A DNA stretch of 63,862 bases, the filler included, from Olpidium bornovanus S191 (taxonomy: Eukaryota > Fungi > Olpidiomycota), in the NCBI GenBank assembly GCA_017911155.1. It is 30 parts of 30 records of this genome, joined end to end, with 100 filler letters (N's around TTAATTAATTAA, not from the genome) between each part and the next. Parts side by side here need not be neighbours in the genome. Positions count along the whole stretch, not along the records: positions 10,724 to 13,900 come from JAEFCI010002016.1; positions 14,001 to 15,135 come from JAEFCI010001843.1; positions 15,236 to 18,041 come from JAEFCI010001209.1; positions 18,142 to 19,447 come from JAEFCI010010444.1; positions 19,548 to 21,377 come from JAEFCI010000533.1; positions 21,478 to 23,968 come from JAEFCI010010663.1; 24 more parts are not named here. One strand, written 5' to 3'. Every line of letters begins with the position of its first letter. The stretch's first letter is position 1. Positions 12,100 through 24,068 of this stretch are shown here, one piece after another. The notes under the pieces were generated by a model that saw only the letters and a program-made list of their open reading frames with translations, was not told where the DNA came from and did no database searches. The position numbers and the translations under genes are program-made.

Positions 12100-13598
12100 A
12101 TGGTCCTTGTCCAACTCAAGAACAGCACCGATTTGCTGTTCACCTACGAAACCACCACGTCGGTGGGCACTGAGCAGCTTATCACAGAACTGGTCGAACT
12201 GGTGAACGCTAGGGCCAAGCTGCTGAGGCTCGCGTCAGGTGAGTTGGTCGTCGTCACGACACCAAACGCGCGTCGCCCAACAAAGGAGCGGTGTTTCGCG
12301 TGAATTAGAAGTAGCCCCGTGGCTTAATCCCCCAACGATGCTGGTCCTAAGCCTGCAAGGACCTCATCGAGCATGGCCCGCTCAAGCCGGAGAAAGACTG
12401 GGGACTCACCGAGGAGCAGATCAGCTCTCTTTCGCTGCAGGACACGAAGGAGCCGCGCCGCGACGAAGAGACGCTCGAGACCGTCACCAAACACGGCCGT
12501 GAGTGGCTGCTGAGGGCCGACCCGACCGGACGGCGGATCGGAGAAGGTGTGTCTGCAATGAAAGGCCGGGGCTACGGCCGAGCGTTCTGGACGGTGCACT
12601 CTGGGTTTCGCGTCAGTGAGACTGAGACGTGAACCCTTTTCCGCAGCTCCCACAGAGGATATGGCCGAAATTTTGAAGAAGTGCGCGAGCGAGGCGGAGT
12701 CGATAGTGGCCAAGGTGCATTCTTGTTCAAAATTCAGCATGCTCAATGAAACCAGCCAGCACACACCAGGTTTATATATTTTTTTTTTGGTTGGCCGCAC
12801 ACCACAGGAGTTGGCGACGGCAGGCAAGGGATTGACAATGGCGATGATCAAGGAGGCAATGGACAACATCCGCGGAGCCGTCATGATAATCTGGCCGATG
12901 GGTCTGCCGGAATACGAGACCGTGCGGGAAATTATTGATGGCACGGAAGACCTGACCGGCACTTCGGTAATCCGCTGATTGTGCTCCACCCCCGTGGGCG
13001 CTCAAGCCAACGCTAACCTTACGTGTTTTTGTCACATCACTGATCTTCGTCTGTTCTTTTCGCGAAATGTTTTTTTGGCGCGTCCCAGCACGCTTCTGGC
13101 GTCATGCCGCCAGACTCTTGTCTTTGGTGGGCCGGAAAGGAAATCCGGCGTGGGAAGACGTTGAAGGACTACGTTGGTCCGAACGAAAAAACTAGAATTA
13201 TCGCAAAGCTGGTTCATGTTAGTTTCCCCCCTTGCTCGCGAGCTAAAAATTTTCGTCGCTCCTGGTTTTGACCTGGCTATCTACTAATGCTGGAGTATGC
13301 AGAAAGGTACCGGCGCTCCGGCCCGCGAGAACCCGATGGGCGAGAAAGCTCAAAAGGAGATGATGGCGTACTACTTCAGAAAGCAGGAAGAGCACAAGGT
13401 ATACGCGGAGCCCCGTTTCAGACTTTCTCCTTTTCGTCATCCGGACAACTACGACGATTGATATGTCCGCGGTGCCTACCGTTCCAGAAACTGGAGGAGA
13501 ACAACGAGGACGATTATCTTAACTCCCCTTGGGCAAACCCAAAGGCTCTGAAAGCGAATTTCAACGGCGTCAGGAACGTGTCGTGGCGGCCGACTTGA
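12100..13598 (+). CDS. CFAP298: Cilia- and flagella-associated protein 298 (C21orf59 orthologue, dynein arm assembly), complete multi-exon gene
   Basis: Exons give MVLVQLK..., HGPLKPEKDWGLTEEQI, DPTGRRIG, IRGAVMIIWPMGLPEYE, LWWAGKEIRRGKTLKDYVGPNEKTRII, GAPARENP...EMMAYYFRKQEE and LEENNEDDYLNSPWANPKALKANFNGVRNVSWRP*, colinear with C21orf59. Confidence 0.95.
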
Positions 13599-14550
13599 TG
13601 TCGATGAAAAACATTGACCTCGTTGGCTGCGGTGTCTTCATAACAATTTGTTTAGGACTGAGGGCATACTTATTTATCATATATGTTCCCTACACACGCC
13701 ATTTCGGCGCTGTACTGCACTTAATATAGAACGACGTCGGCTATGTGAGTTTCCGCAATCCTGCTTCAACCGTTTGGATCATGGAAAAATGTTAGATAAA
13801 TGGTTGGAAGAGAGTAATCGCTATTTTGAGTGCGAGTGTTTGCGCAAGATACACTCCCGGTGCGCAATTGCGTTTCAGATCGGCGAGTGCACCCGGGAAA
13901 NNNNNNNNNNNNNNNNNNNNNNNNNNNNNNNNNNNNNNNNNNNNTTAATTAATTAANNNNNNNNNNNNNNNNNNNNNNNNNNNNNNNNNNNNNNNNNNNN
14001 GAGTGAACGACGGAGAATGCGACTGGCTCAGTGACAGGCGTGAGCCACGCCGGGAGAATGCGGGAACGGCGTAGCGAAGCAGAGAAATCGAACTCAGAGG
14101 GATCAACCGTAACCGACCATGATGGTGCGTCCGGCAGCAGGCGACGTGCACGCTCGGGGAGAATCAGGTGAGCAAAGTCGAGAAACATGGTGTGACAAGG
14201 ATTGTAATAAAAAGTGGTGCTTCAAGATGAAGAAAGTCAAGACGGCCAGCAGCCAGACAAATAGCAGAACTGCTGATCAGCAGTTTTAGTCCACGCGGAA
14301 GGGTCCCCTACCATCTGGCTGACTGGACGAACAGGAAGCTAACATGCAGCTACTACATAACGCACGCGCAGGGCGCGGGAGAAGAAGCCAAATGATCGAC
14401 AAGCTGCAGCCGGGGGAGAAGCAAGCTGCTACAACAGAAAGATTGTACAGCGCGACGAAGGCCTACCGCGGCAGTGAGCGACGGCTACGGCGGCCGCGGA
14501 TAGCCGCGACGGCGACGACGCAGCGGTGGAGAGCTGCAGCGGTGGCGAGC

Positions 14551-14596
14551 GCAACGGCGCAGATGGGTGGCCGGCAACGGCGCAGATGGGTGGCCG
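14551..14596 (+). repeat. 23-bp tandem duplication (GCAACGGCGCAGATGGGTGGCCG x2) in a GC-rich degenerate repeat tract
   Basis: Two exact adjacent copies at 14551-14573 and 14574-14596. Confidence 0.85.
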
Positions 14597-15299
14597 GCGA
14601 CGGCGATGACAACGGCCTCGGCGGTGAAAATGGCGACGCGGCGGCGGAGTGCAGCGGTCGGTGAGCGACTGCGGCGGAGAGCCGCGGCGGTGGACGACGG
14701 CGGCGGCGCTGCGAGTCGACGAAGATGACCGCGGCGGTGCAGCGGGCGTTAGGCCCGAATTAGGCTTATTGCCTGTGTTGGCTTTTGTTTTCTTTGGAGT
14801 GGCATTTTTGATTCGCACAAGAAACTTTCGACCGAGCACAACGCAACCCACCACGTTGCTGGAAGCGTTTTCGAACCAAAGGGGAAGACGCAGAACTTGC
14901 CAAAGATCTGCGCCTCCAGCCTCTTACTCACCGGGATTATCAAGCCGATTAAATATTTCAACTGCGATGCGAGCTTCTATAAGGAACGGGGGGTTTTTTT
15001 TTTCTGATGAAAGCGTTCTTGTTCATTTCGCATCTCGTCGAACTTCTTCTGAATGTTTGGGTGGGATGAAAACTACAGGGTCCGTTTTGTGCGAAACGAG
15101 CGAAACGGAGGAGGCAAGCAGGTCACGTGACATGANNNNNNNNNNNNNNNNNNNNNNNNNNNNNNNNNNNNNNNNNNNNTTAATTAATTAANNNNNNNNN
15201 NNNNNNNNNNNNNNNNNNNNNNNNNNNNNNNNNNNCATGCTTTTTTTTTCCCTTCGCCCTCGCTCGTTACGCGTTGCCACTGTCGCTGAATCGCGGATT

Positions 15300-17165
15300 C
15301 AATCCAGGCGACCGCCAGCGCCTTCGTCGCATCCGCGTTGGAAAAAAATACAACCGGCCGTCCGCTCGTTTCTCGGGAACATGCTGCACATTTTGCGACA
15401 GGTGACAGACGCCACCATGCTCAGCTTCATCATGAAGAGTGCAGAGGGCGCCATGCCCTATTTCGGCTGCTTCTCAAAATTGGGGAAGATACTGGTGAAG
15501 GTGGGGATCCGTGTCGGCCGTTTCCGCGTCCGGTGCGTGCGTGTCGACTCACTCCCGTTTTCAGACTTTGCTCAACCTCTGGTCGACTGCAGAGGACAAA
15601 GTCCGGATTGGGGCGTTTTTCAGTCTGATTCACCTGGCAAAGTCGTGCCCGAACTACCTCAGCTTGATTCTCAAAGTGCGTGCAGTTGTTTAAAGATCGC
15701 GTTGTCGTTTTCGCCGCAGGCGAAAGGGCTGTTTTTGTTAAAACGATTATCACCGGAATCTTTAGGGCTCGTACATGACTCTGGTACAGGCCTGTCGAGA
15801 GACAAACAGCCACACGCTGCCGACGATCCAGTTGTTGATGAACTGCATGGTGGAGCTGTACGGCGTCGATTTGCAGGCGTCATACCAGCATGCGTTTGTG
15901 TACATCCGCCAGATGGCCATCCACTTGCGATCAGCCATGACGACAATTACCAAAGATAGCTTCAAGGCGGTGTACAACTGGCAGTATATCCACTGCTTGC
16001 GTTTATGGGCCCGCGTCATCGGCGCGCACACGCAGTGCGGAAAGGGCCCGCTTGACCCGCTGCTGTACCCGCTGGTGCAGGTCAGCTTAGGAGTTGTCAG
16101 GTGAGACGCCCCGTTGGTGCATATTCTGAAGAAGAGAGCGAGGGTGGACGTGCAGCGGGGTGGATGTTTTGCCTTGCGTGACGAATCGTAAGCGGACTAA
16201 TATCGCTGGCCCGCTCGTGTGTTCCGTGGCCGTCTCGTTTGTTTTGCGTTCCATCCAAGGCTCATCCCTACGGCCAAGTACTTTCCGCTTCGGTTCCACG
16301 TCGTTCGTTCGCTTATTGGGTTGATTAAGGCGACAGATGTGTTCATCCCGCTGGGGCCTACGCTGCTCGAGGTAGGCTCCTAGACAAGGGCATCCCGGCT
16401 GTGCCTGCGACCCGCTCGCGCACCGGTGCCTTCCACGCGTCCTTATTTAAGTCGCGGGTTAACCTCGTTCCGCTTCCCCGAAATTCGCGGTTCCCGAAAA
16501 GGTGCTGGACACGACGGAGATGAGGCGCAGCCCGAAACCCTCCACTCTGAAACCTCTGAATTTCGAGCTGCACATCCGTGCCCCGAACGAGTACCTACAC
16601 ACGCGGACCTACCACGTCGGCGTGGCGGAGCAGGTGACGGAACTGTTCCTGGAGTACGAGGCGGCGTACGCCGACAGCCTCGCGTATCCCGAGCTGATGA
16701 CGCCGGCGGTTGCCTACGTGAGTTTGAAATTACTTCCGGGACGACGGGCGTTTCGCGGTTTTTTGTCTGGTTTGACCTCCGACGGCTAAATTTTTTTTTT
16801 CGATTTTTGGCGTGCTTTGCACGGGCGCATTGCAGCTGAAGAAGCACGCGAAGCTGGCAGGGAAAAACAGAAAGTTCGCAGGTCAACTCCAACATATTAT
16901 CGGAAAGGTCGGCGGGAATTCTCGCGCGTTTTTTGTTCTTCTTTCTGTTAATTATTGCGAAGTTTTTCATTGGGTTAGAGTGGCCACGTTGTTAACCGCG
17001 ATCCTTGCTCGACACCGTGGGCGAACCATCGTCACCCCTTGGTGCGTTCTTCTTTTTTGCCCCGTGGCGCAGGTGAACGAGACCTCCCGGCTCGTCGTAT
17101 CCAGGCGCGCGAAGCTCGACAACGCGTCGCCAGCGTCACTGCTGGCCGCGTCGTCGACCAGCTAG
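15300..17165 (+). CDS. NOC2: Nucleolar complex protein 2, internal exons, 5' partial
   Basis: WKKIQPAVRSFLGNMLHIL, LWSTAEDKVRIGAF, YQHAFVYIRQMAIHLR, AVYNWQYIHCLRLW, LYPLVQV, YYPLRFHVVRSL, VFIPL and STLKPLNF are all Noc2 signatures. Confidence 0.95.
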
Positions 17166-17558
17166 AAGTCACCTGTAGAAGTCACCGATGTAGCAGGCCC
17201 CACCGGGGGTTTTTTGCGAGAATCTCACAAAATTGTGGGGGAAAAAAATAAGAAGTGAGGGCGAGAGATAAGGCGGCGAGGTCAGGTTGGATAGAATCGT
17301 GAAAGAGGAGCCTGAGCAAAGGGGCACTGCGCACACTCCGCCGCCCCTGAACGTAGCCGTGGAGCTCTCATATATAAAAGTAAACAGAAGGGCGAAAAAT
17401 ACAGCTCCCGTAGAGCTCTTTCGAACGCGCGGGCCGCCACCGCACCTAAATGAAAACATCACTGACATCACGATTCATGCTGATTTTTGTTTTCAAAGTC
17501 AGATTTCGACTGAATAATGATAATGAGGATGTTGAATAATTTCATGTTTTGAGAGTCT

Positions 17559-17657
17559 TTGTGATTCAGATTTTATATAATGTTCATGTTTTGTGGTTCA
17601 GATTCTATATAATGTTCATGTTTTGTGGTTCAGATTTTATGTAATGTTCATGTTTTG
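17559..17657 (+). repeat. AT-rich 32-bp minisatellite (GTTCATGTTTTGTGGTTCAGATTCTATATAAT), ~3 copies
   Basis: Read directly from lines 17521-17641; copies differ at 1-3 positions. Confidence 0.85.
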
Positions 17658-17760
17658 GTGTAAGATGGAATGATGGAATGATTTATATAAAGTGATCATT
17701 TGCTTGTTGCTATTATCTTAAATTCGTTTGAAAATACTTGTCGTGCAAGGCTTTTAACAG

Positions 17761-18041
17761 AAATATCAGAATTTGACAACAATGGCTCAGTCCTACGATG
17801 AGGATGTTGAGTATTTGTCGGTTTCTGAGGGATGCGTCCCCCACTGCTCGGCCGGTGACGCCTGCATCAACGAGAAGTGCCGCATGTGGCACCCGTCGCC
17901 GCGTTCCCGTTGACTCGCCAGCGGAAACGAACCGCCCCCGCCTGGCGTCGCTCGCCCCCCTGCACTCCGCGCCCCCGCACCGGCCGCCGTCCCCAATCGG
18001 CCGAAGTGCACGCACTGCCAGCAGTTCGGGCACATTGAAGC
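17761..18041 (+). pseudogene. CCCH zinc finger + CCHC zinc knuckle reading frame interrupted by one TGA; runs off the contig
   Basis: One frame reads ...MAQSYDEDVEYLSVSEGCVPH-CSAGDACINEKCRMWH-PSPRSR*(17911-17913)LASGNEPPPPG...PNRPK-CTHCQQFGH-IEA. It is absent from the ORF track. Confidence 0.5.
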
Positions 18042-18141
18042 NNNNNNNNNNNNNNNNNNNNNNNNNNNNNNNNNNNNNNNNNNNNTTAATTAATTAANNN
18101 NNNNNNNNNNNNNNNNNNNNNNNNNNNNNNNNNNNNNNNNN

Positions 18142-19447
18142 GCCGAGAAGTGTTCCACGGCGTTCGGTGGTCGTCGATCGTCCGATCTTCACGCCGACCG
18201 CGATTTTGGATTTACCGTCACGGTGGGCGAAACGAGGTTCAACCCTGTCAGGCAGTCGCATGATATCCACAGGCGACGTTACGACAGGTACATTGCCCAG
18301 AGCAGACAGGGGCGGATGCACCGCGAACTGACGCGGAAATTTGGGGAAGACGCCATGGCGCTGGTCAATTTCGACGTCACTTCGAGCAATCTCCTCGGTA
18401 TGGAAGATCTCGCGGTGATGGACCCAGAGAACGGTTTGACGCCGCCCGACATTGTGTCTCTTTCCGGAACTGCCGGGCGGCGAAGGAAGCGGTCGCCTAT
18501 GAAAAATTCGAAATCGCAGCGGGCGCAGTCGCCGACCCAACCTCGCGCCGCCGGCAGACCGTCGCCGACCGCGTCGCCGCCCTCGACGGCGGTGATCGTC
18601 CAAGTGGACGACAGGAAGAAGCGCCAGCTGTTCGAAAAGCTTGTCGAGTCCTCAACGCCCGGAAAGCCGCGCTTGCATCCGCCCAGCTCCACCTCGATCG
18701 TTCCGCCTCCGGGTTTTATGGACGAACCTTTGACTGCCGAAAACCTCGCCAGCATCTACACGGCGTTTAGCACCATCGACTTCGGGCAGCTGACCGCCCA
18801 CACCGTGAGCGAGCGCCCGTTGAACTTCCTAAACGGAACTCCCAGCGCGATCGTTCACATCACTCTGCAGGTGACCGATTACGGCGACTCCAAACAGGGC
18901 ACGGCCGAGACGTCGGACGGCGGAGTCCCGCCGGCCGACTGCGCGGAAGTCAGCCAAGCGATCTGCAAAGCTCAATTGCGTTTGACTCCCGAACAAGTGT
19001 ACATCCCGCCGATGACCGTATGCGGCGTGGAGCTGTCGCTCCAGTCGCATACGCCCGGCGTTTTCCATTGGAAAATCGTGTACCTGGTGAACGGCCGCTA
19101 CAAGTACCGTATCCCGGTGTCCGTCAACGTCATTCCGGTCAATCTGACGTTGAATGTTGAAGAAGTCGAGCTTGAGGCGTCCATTGACGCGCTGCGGACG
19201 GCGGACGGGACTCTGGCTGCGCCGACCGCGAAATACACCCTTCAGCTGACGAACCCCGGCAATTACCACGCTTGCTTCAGGTGGCGCACTCCCGCCGAAC
19301 CCGCAGAAGACAAGGAGGGTAAGATCCATGTCGACGACCCGCAAGGAAAACGGGAACAGGGAATGTTCCAGGTGAACCCCGTGGCCGGCATAGTCGAGCC
19401 GCAGCAAACGGTGGCGCTCATAGTGTCGTACCTGCCGGGGTTGAGCC
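18142..19447 (+). CDS. CFAP47: Cilia- and flagella-associated protein 47 (ASH/MSP Ig-like repeats), internal fragment
   Basis: Open across the whole contig. MDPENGLTPPD, TIDFGQLTAH, YIPPMTVCGV...FHWKIVYLVNG, LQLTNPGNYHACFRW and FQVNPVAGIVEP follow the CFAP47 pattern of ASH-type repeats. Confidence 0.78.
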
Positions 19448-20176
19448 NNNNNNNNNNNNNNNNNNNNNNNNNNNNNNNNNNNNNNNNNNNNTTAATTAAT
19501 TAANNNNNNNNNNNNNNNNNNNNNNNNNNNNNNNNNNNNNNNNNNNNCACTTGTTTCAACGCCGGAATGGCCGCCGCAGCGGCAACCTCTGTTTCTTCGA
19601 TGCCTGGCGAGATGATACCATTGCAAATACACCAAAATGCGGTCGGTTAAGACCCAGTGGCACACATGTCATTCGAGCACCAGCGAGTGAGGAAAACCTG
19701 AGGTAAACCATGGCATTGCGATCTCTTGAGGGCGGGGGTGGGGAAGGGGGGGGAGGGGGCGGGGGAGCGAAGCTGACCGCGGTGTAAAACTCAGCCGCAA
19801 AATTTGGGGGGGGGTTTTTTTTTTCTTCTGCGGGTGGGTGGGTCGCTGCGCTCTTCGAGCCGGCGGGCGAAAACGTTCCGAGTCACGTGGCCGTCGCTCC
19901 TTCCCGCGCGCGCGTTTTCCCCGCCCGGCGCCCGGCTCTCCGCTCCCCGCCCGCCCGCGCGCAAACCGCACGCAAACCGCACGCACGCGCCCGCCGGTAG
20001 AGACGGAGTTGGCCGCCGAAGGGACGAAAAAAAAAAAGAAAAAGAAAAAGAAAAAAAAAAGAAAAGACAATACACGGGAGACTCGGCGGAGGAAAGCAGA
20101 GCAGGGCAAAGGCGGTGCGGGGAAGGCGGAAAAAACAAAGCAGCGCGATAAGGGGGAGGCCGGAGATCCCGCCGCG

Positions 20177-21277
20177 ATGCGGTTCGTGTTCGAGTCGACG
20201 GCGCGCGACATGCCCTACGTGGTGGCGAGGGCCGTCAACGTGAACAGGATGATGCGGCCGCCGCCCTGGCTGGTCGCGGCGAAGCGGGTGCCGCCGGCTC
20301 CCTCGGTCACCTACCGGCGGCGGGAGTGGAACGACGTCGGGGGGACGGCCGAGTGGGAGAAGGAAGAACGAGAGGAGGACGTCCGGCAGGCCGAGTACCA
20401 GAGGAGAAAGCAAGCCGCGCAGGCCGCCAAACCGGACCGAACCGCCGCGGGGTGGACCGCCGCGTACGCGCCCGCCGTCAAGGTCCGGCCCCACCGCGCT
20501 TTCCGGCGAGAGGTCCTCGAAAAAAGGGAGACGGCGTACCGGAAATACGTCCCCGTTATAGAGTACCCGGAAGACGAGCTGCGCCGGCAGTTCTACGAGA
20601 ACCACCCCTTCGAGCTCCTTCGGCCATCGACAATGGTCGAGAAGGACGGCCTGAACGTGCGGGACTGGAGCAGGCTCGACGGAGGGGTGGACGCACCGCT
20701 GACAGGAGAAAGGTGCCGTACAGCGTATTTTCACCGTCTTCTTTCTTTTTGTCCCGTATATCCGACATTCGGCCTTTCGACCTTTCTGGCCAACCTTCTT
20801 TCAGTTGGTTCTCGTTTTTATTTTTGACTCCCTCGATGCTGGTTTTTGTCCTTCCCATCCGTTTTCTTCCTTTTGTTTGAAAGTTCCGCCGCCCACACTT
20901 TCCAACGGGGTTATATTTCTTGATTTGATCTACTTTTTTTCCTCCACGACCTCTTGTTCCACGTTTTCCTTAAGTTCGATTCTGCTAATCATCTGACGTT
21001 ACTCCCACCGCCTTCCATTGCGCAGTGTAATCAATCACCAACACTACCTAACGCGCGCCGAAAAGATGTCGCCCCCGGAAGCGTACCACCGGGTCGTCTC
21101 CGAACTGTACAAGTCCCGCGCGCGCGAAGAAGTCGCCATTCGCGTGGCCGAGGAGCAGGCTATCCACCATGGCGCCATCACCAACCCCGGCAACTATAAC
21201 ACCCTGGACGATGCACTACAGAACGAGGATATCGCGATAAAGGAGAGCTACGCGTACATGGATACTATCGCGCAGTC
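20177..21277 (+). CDS. RSM25: Mitochondrial small-subunit ribosomal protein mS23 (Rsm25), 3' partial
   Basis: PPPWL, IEYPEDELRRQFYENHPFELLRP, DWSRL, PLTGE|SVINHQHYL and EAYHRVVSELYKSRAREEVAIRVAEEQAIHHGA. Confidence 0.88.
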
Positions 21278-21795
21278 GTATGTTTTTTCCCCTTTCCTGC
21301 GTGGTTTGGGAAGAGGCGTGTGCGCTCTTTGCTAATATTTCGCGTCTACCACCGGAACGGCCTCTGTTGTTTATCCGNNNNNNNNNNNNNNNNNNNNNNN
21401 NNNNNNNNNNNNNNNNNNNNNTTAATTAATTAANNNNNNNNNNNNNNNNNNNNNNNNNNNNNNNNNNNNNNNNNNNNCATGCCACTGTGCTAGATAGCAT
21501 CACACTGCACATCATCAATGTATCCCTCGTAGATCCGTTCGCCGTTCGGGCCGAAGAGGAGCGTTACGGACGCCCAGTCCCGGCCCATTGGGCTCCGCAG
21601 CCACCTCAATGCACGCAATACAACGCAGTACCGGTAGTGCTCTGCCCCGCACAGCAGCAGCAAAACGGGCGGGGGAAACCAGCTCGGAGGAGACAACGTG
21701 CGCCGCCTCCCTCTCCTTTCCCCCCTCCCCAGCAACAACCCCTTCCCACCTCCCACCTCCCCCCCCCTACCCCGCCCCACCCTCTCCTCCGCAGC

Positions 21796-23870
21796 ATGCT
21801 CCGCGCTTCCGAGATCGCCGACCTGCTGAAGATACCGCACCTCACGAGCTCGCACACGGCCGGGCTGCACGACCAGCACTACCTCGCCTCGCAGAGCCTG
21901 TCCCGCCAGGCCGACGTCGTCGCTGCGCTCGCCTCGCCGAGGCTGCTGCAGCTCTACGCCGCGGTCGTCGCCGGCCTGCTCTTCCGGGAGCTGAGGAACT
22001 CGAGACCCTTCCTTTACAAGTGCGTCGTCCAGCTCGCCCACTGGCTGTGCTATTCGTGAGTGCAAACTTCCGCGCCCGCTGCACCTCCGTGATTAGAAAG
22101 CCCGTCCTCGCGCCCCTGCGCAGCCCTTCCCGTCCACCCTACCACACTCAGCAACCCGTTGGGACCTGGCTCGTTCTGACTTCTCTTGCGGGGCAGGATA
22201 TGCTTCGATTTGGCGACATTGGCAATAGTTTACTTTCGACCGCCCGGTGACAAGGGGGCGGGCACGCCGCCGGAGACTGCGGCGTTTCTTGTCCGAGGTT
22301 AGTGTTCGGGTCTCGTGGTGCCGCCGCTGTATGAAATCGCTGCTGTCCAGCCTCGCCCGCAGGGACTTCATCCCGGAACCCCTTCGCGCGGCCGGCCGAT
22401 GACGAGCACTGTCACCTCGCTTCGGCCTCGACTCTCTAGACTTCTGGCTGGCTTTCATCGGCCACGCCTTCGTGGCGTTTGCCGGCGCGTACTCCGTGTT
22501 GCTGCTGGACGGGGAGATGACTGTTATCAACGCTGTGCAAGCCCAGGCGGCGACCGGCGCGGTTCTGGTCATCGGCCCGGAGGCTTCCATGGCGTTGCTC
22601 GGCGGGGCGGCCACCGAGTTCGTGGCGCTGGGCGACGGCGAGAACGCCAACAACGCGAACAATCAAGACCACGAGCACGGCCAAGGCGGGGGCCCGTCTT
22701 TCCTGGCGAAGATCGCCTCGTCGGTGGCTGGACTGCTGGGCATAAACATCTCCAGCGCCTCGGCGACGACCCTGATCGGCGTCGTCATGAGGAACTACAG
22801 CTCGATACCCATTCTCTCGACGGGACTGGCCTGGCTATTTCTCATGCACCACCACACGCCCATCGAGCTCCTGCCGCTGGTTATATTCCCGTGCGTCGAA
22901 ACGGCCGCCGCCTGGCACGGCCGGAACGTGGCGCCTTGGTTTAGTTCGGCGTCCCGGTTGGCTTTTATCGTCGTGCTCATCAACGGCTGGTACAACGGCA
23001 CTGCCTCGTGGGGCCTGACGCCGTTCTTGCTGCTGTGCCTGGGCAAGCCGTTCTTGCTGCTTCTCTTCCTCTCCGCGACGGGTCCCGTGATGGTCTGTCA
23101 GTTGCTCGGGAAATTTGCTGTTCGAGCGTGGAGGAAAGCTTTCCCGCCCCCGGGTGTGGCGCTGGCCAACGAGGGACCGCGGATCCACTATCCCGGCGCG
23201 GCAGAAACGGGGGACCAGCCGGCCGCCGCCCCGGTCGATCCGTCCGCTTCTTCGGCAGGCGGAAGTTCAGTTCGTGAGGAAGGCCGCAGGCGCGTCGAAG
23301 ATGACGAGCGGCGCGAACGGGAGCGCAGACGGCGGGACGAGCTGCTGGACGAGCTGGACGACCTGATCGAAGACGCTCGGAAGATGGGGGTCGACGCTTC
23401 CTACAGAACCCCGCTGCACGCCGGGACGTCCGCCGAGTCTCGGCGCGGGGCGTCTTTCACCCGTTCTCGGCGGAGCATCATGCTCGCGGCCGCCGGCAGG
23501 ACCGGTTCCCCAGCGGGATCAGCGCCGGGGCCATTATCGGCAACGGCGGCGCAACGTCTGCCGGCGCACGCCGCGTCGCGGCCAGTGCCGACGGCGGCGG
23601 TCGCATCGTCCTCGCTGTTCGCGACGCCTTCGGCATTGAAGTCGACGGCCGCGGCGACGCCCGCGTCGCCGCCGCCGCCGCCGCCGTCGACACGGACCGG
23701 AGACGAGTGCGTGTACTGTTGGAATTCGGCCCGCTCCGTCCTCCTGGAGCCGTGCGCGCACTTGTGCCTGTGCGACGGATGCAGGGAGCTTCTGGCATCC
23801 AAGGGCGAGACGAGGTGTCCCGTCTGCAGGCGGGAAGTAACGATGTACCGGAAGTGGGTTGACTCGCCCG
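21796..23870 (+). CDS. Multi-pass membrane protein with a C-terminal C3HC4 RING (putative E3 ligase)
   Basis: Phase-consistent model 21796-22056 / 22198-22298 / 22439-~23870; several hydrophobic segments, then ECVYCWNSARSVLLEPCAHLCLCDGC...RCPVCR. Confidence 0.75.
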
Positions 23871-24068
23871 ACGCGCGCGCCCGCGTTAATTCTTTTTGCT
23901 TTCTTTACCTTCGGCGTTGCCATCCTGGTTCTCATCGGACGAGGGGGGGGGGTGGGGGGGGGGGGGGGNNNNNNNNNNNNNNNNNNNNNNNNNNNNNNNN
24001 NNNNNNNNNNNNTTAATTAATTAANNNNNNNNNNNNNNNNNNNNNNNNNNNNNNNNNNNNNNNNNNNN

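Noticed and set aside
17911-17913. Selenocysteine codon
   Set aside because: The TGA lies in a low-complexity linker rather than a redox motif, and I saw no SECIS-like element. The contig ends 130 nt later, so this cannot be fully excluded.
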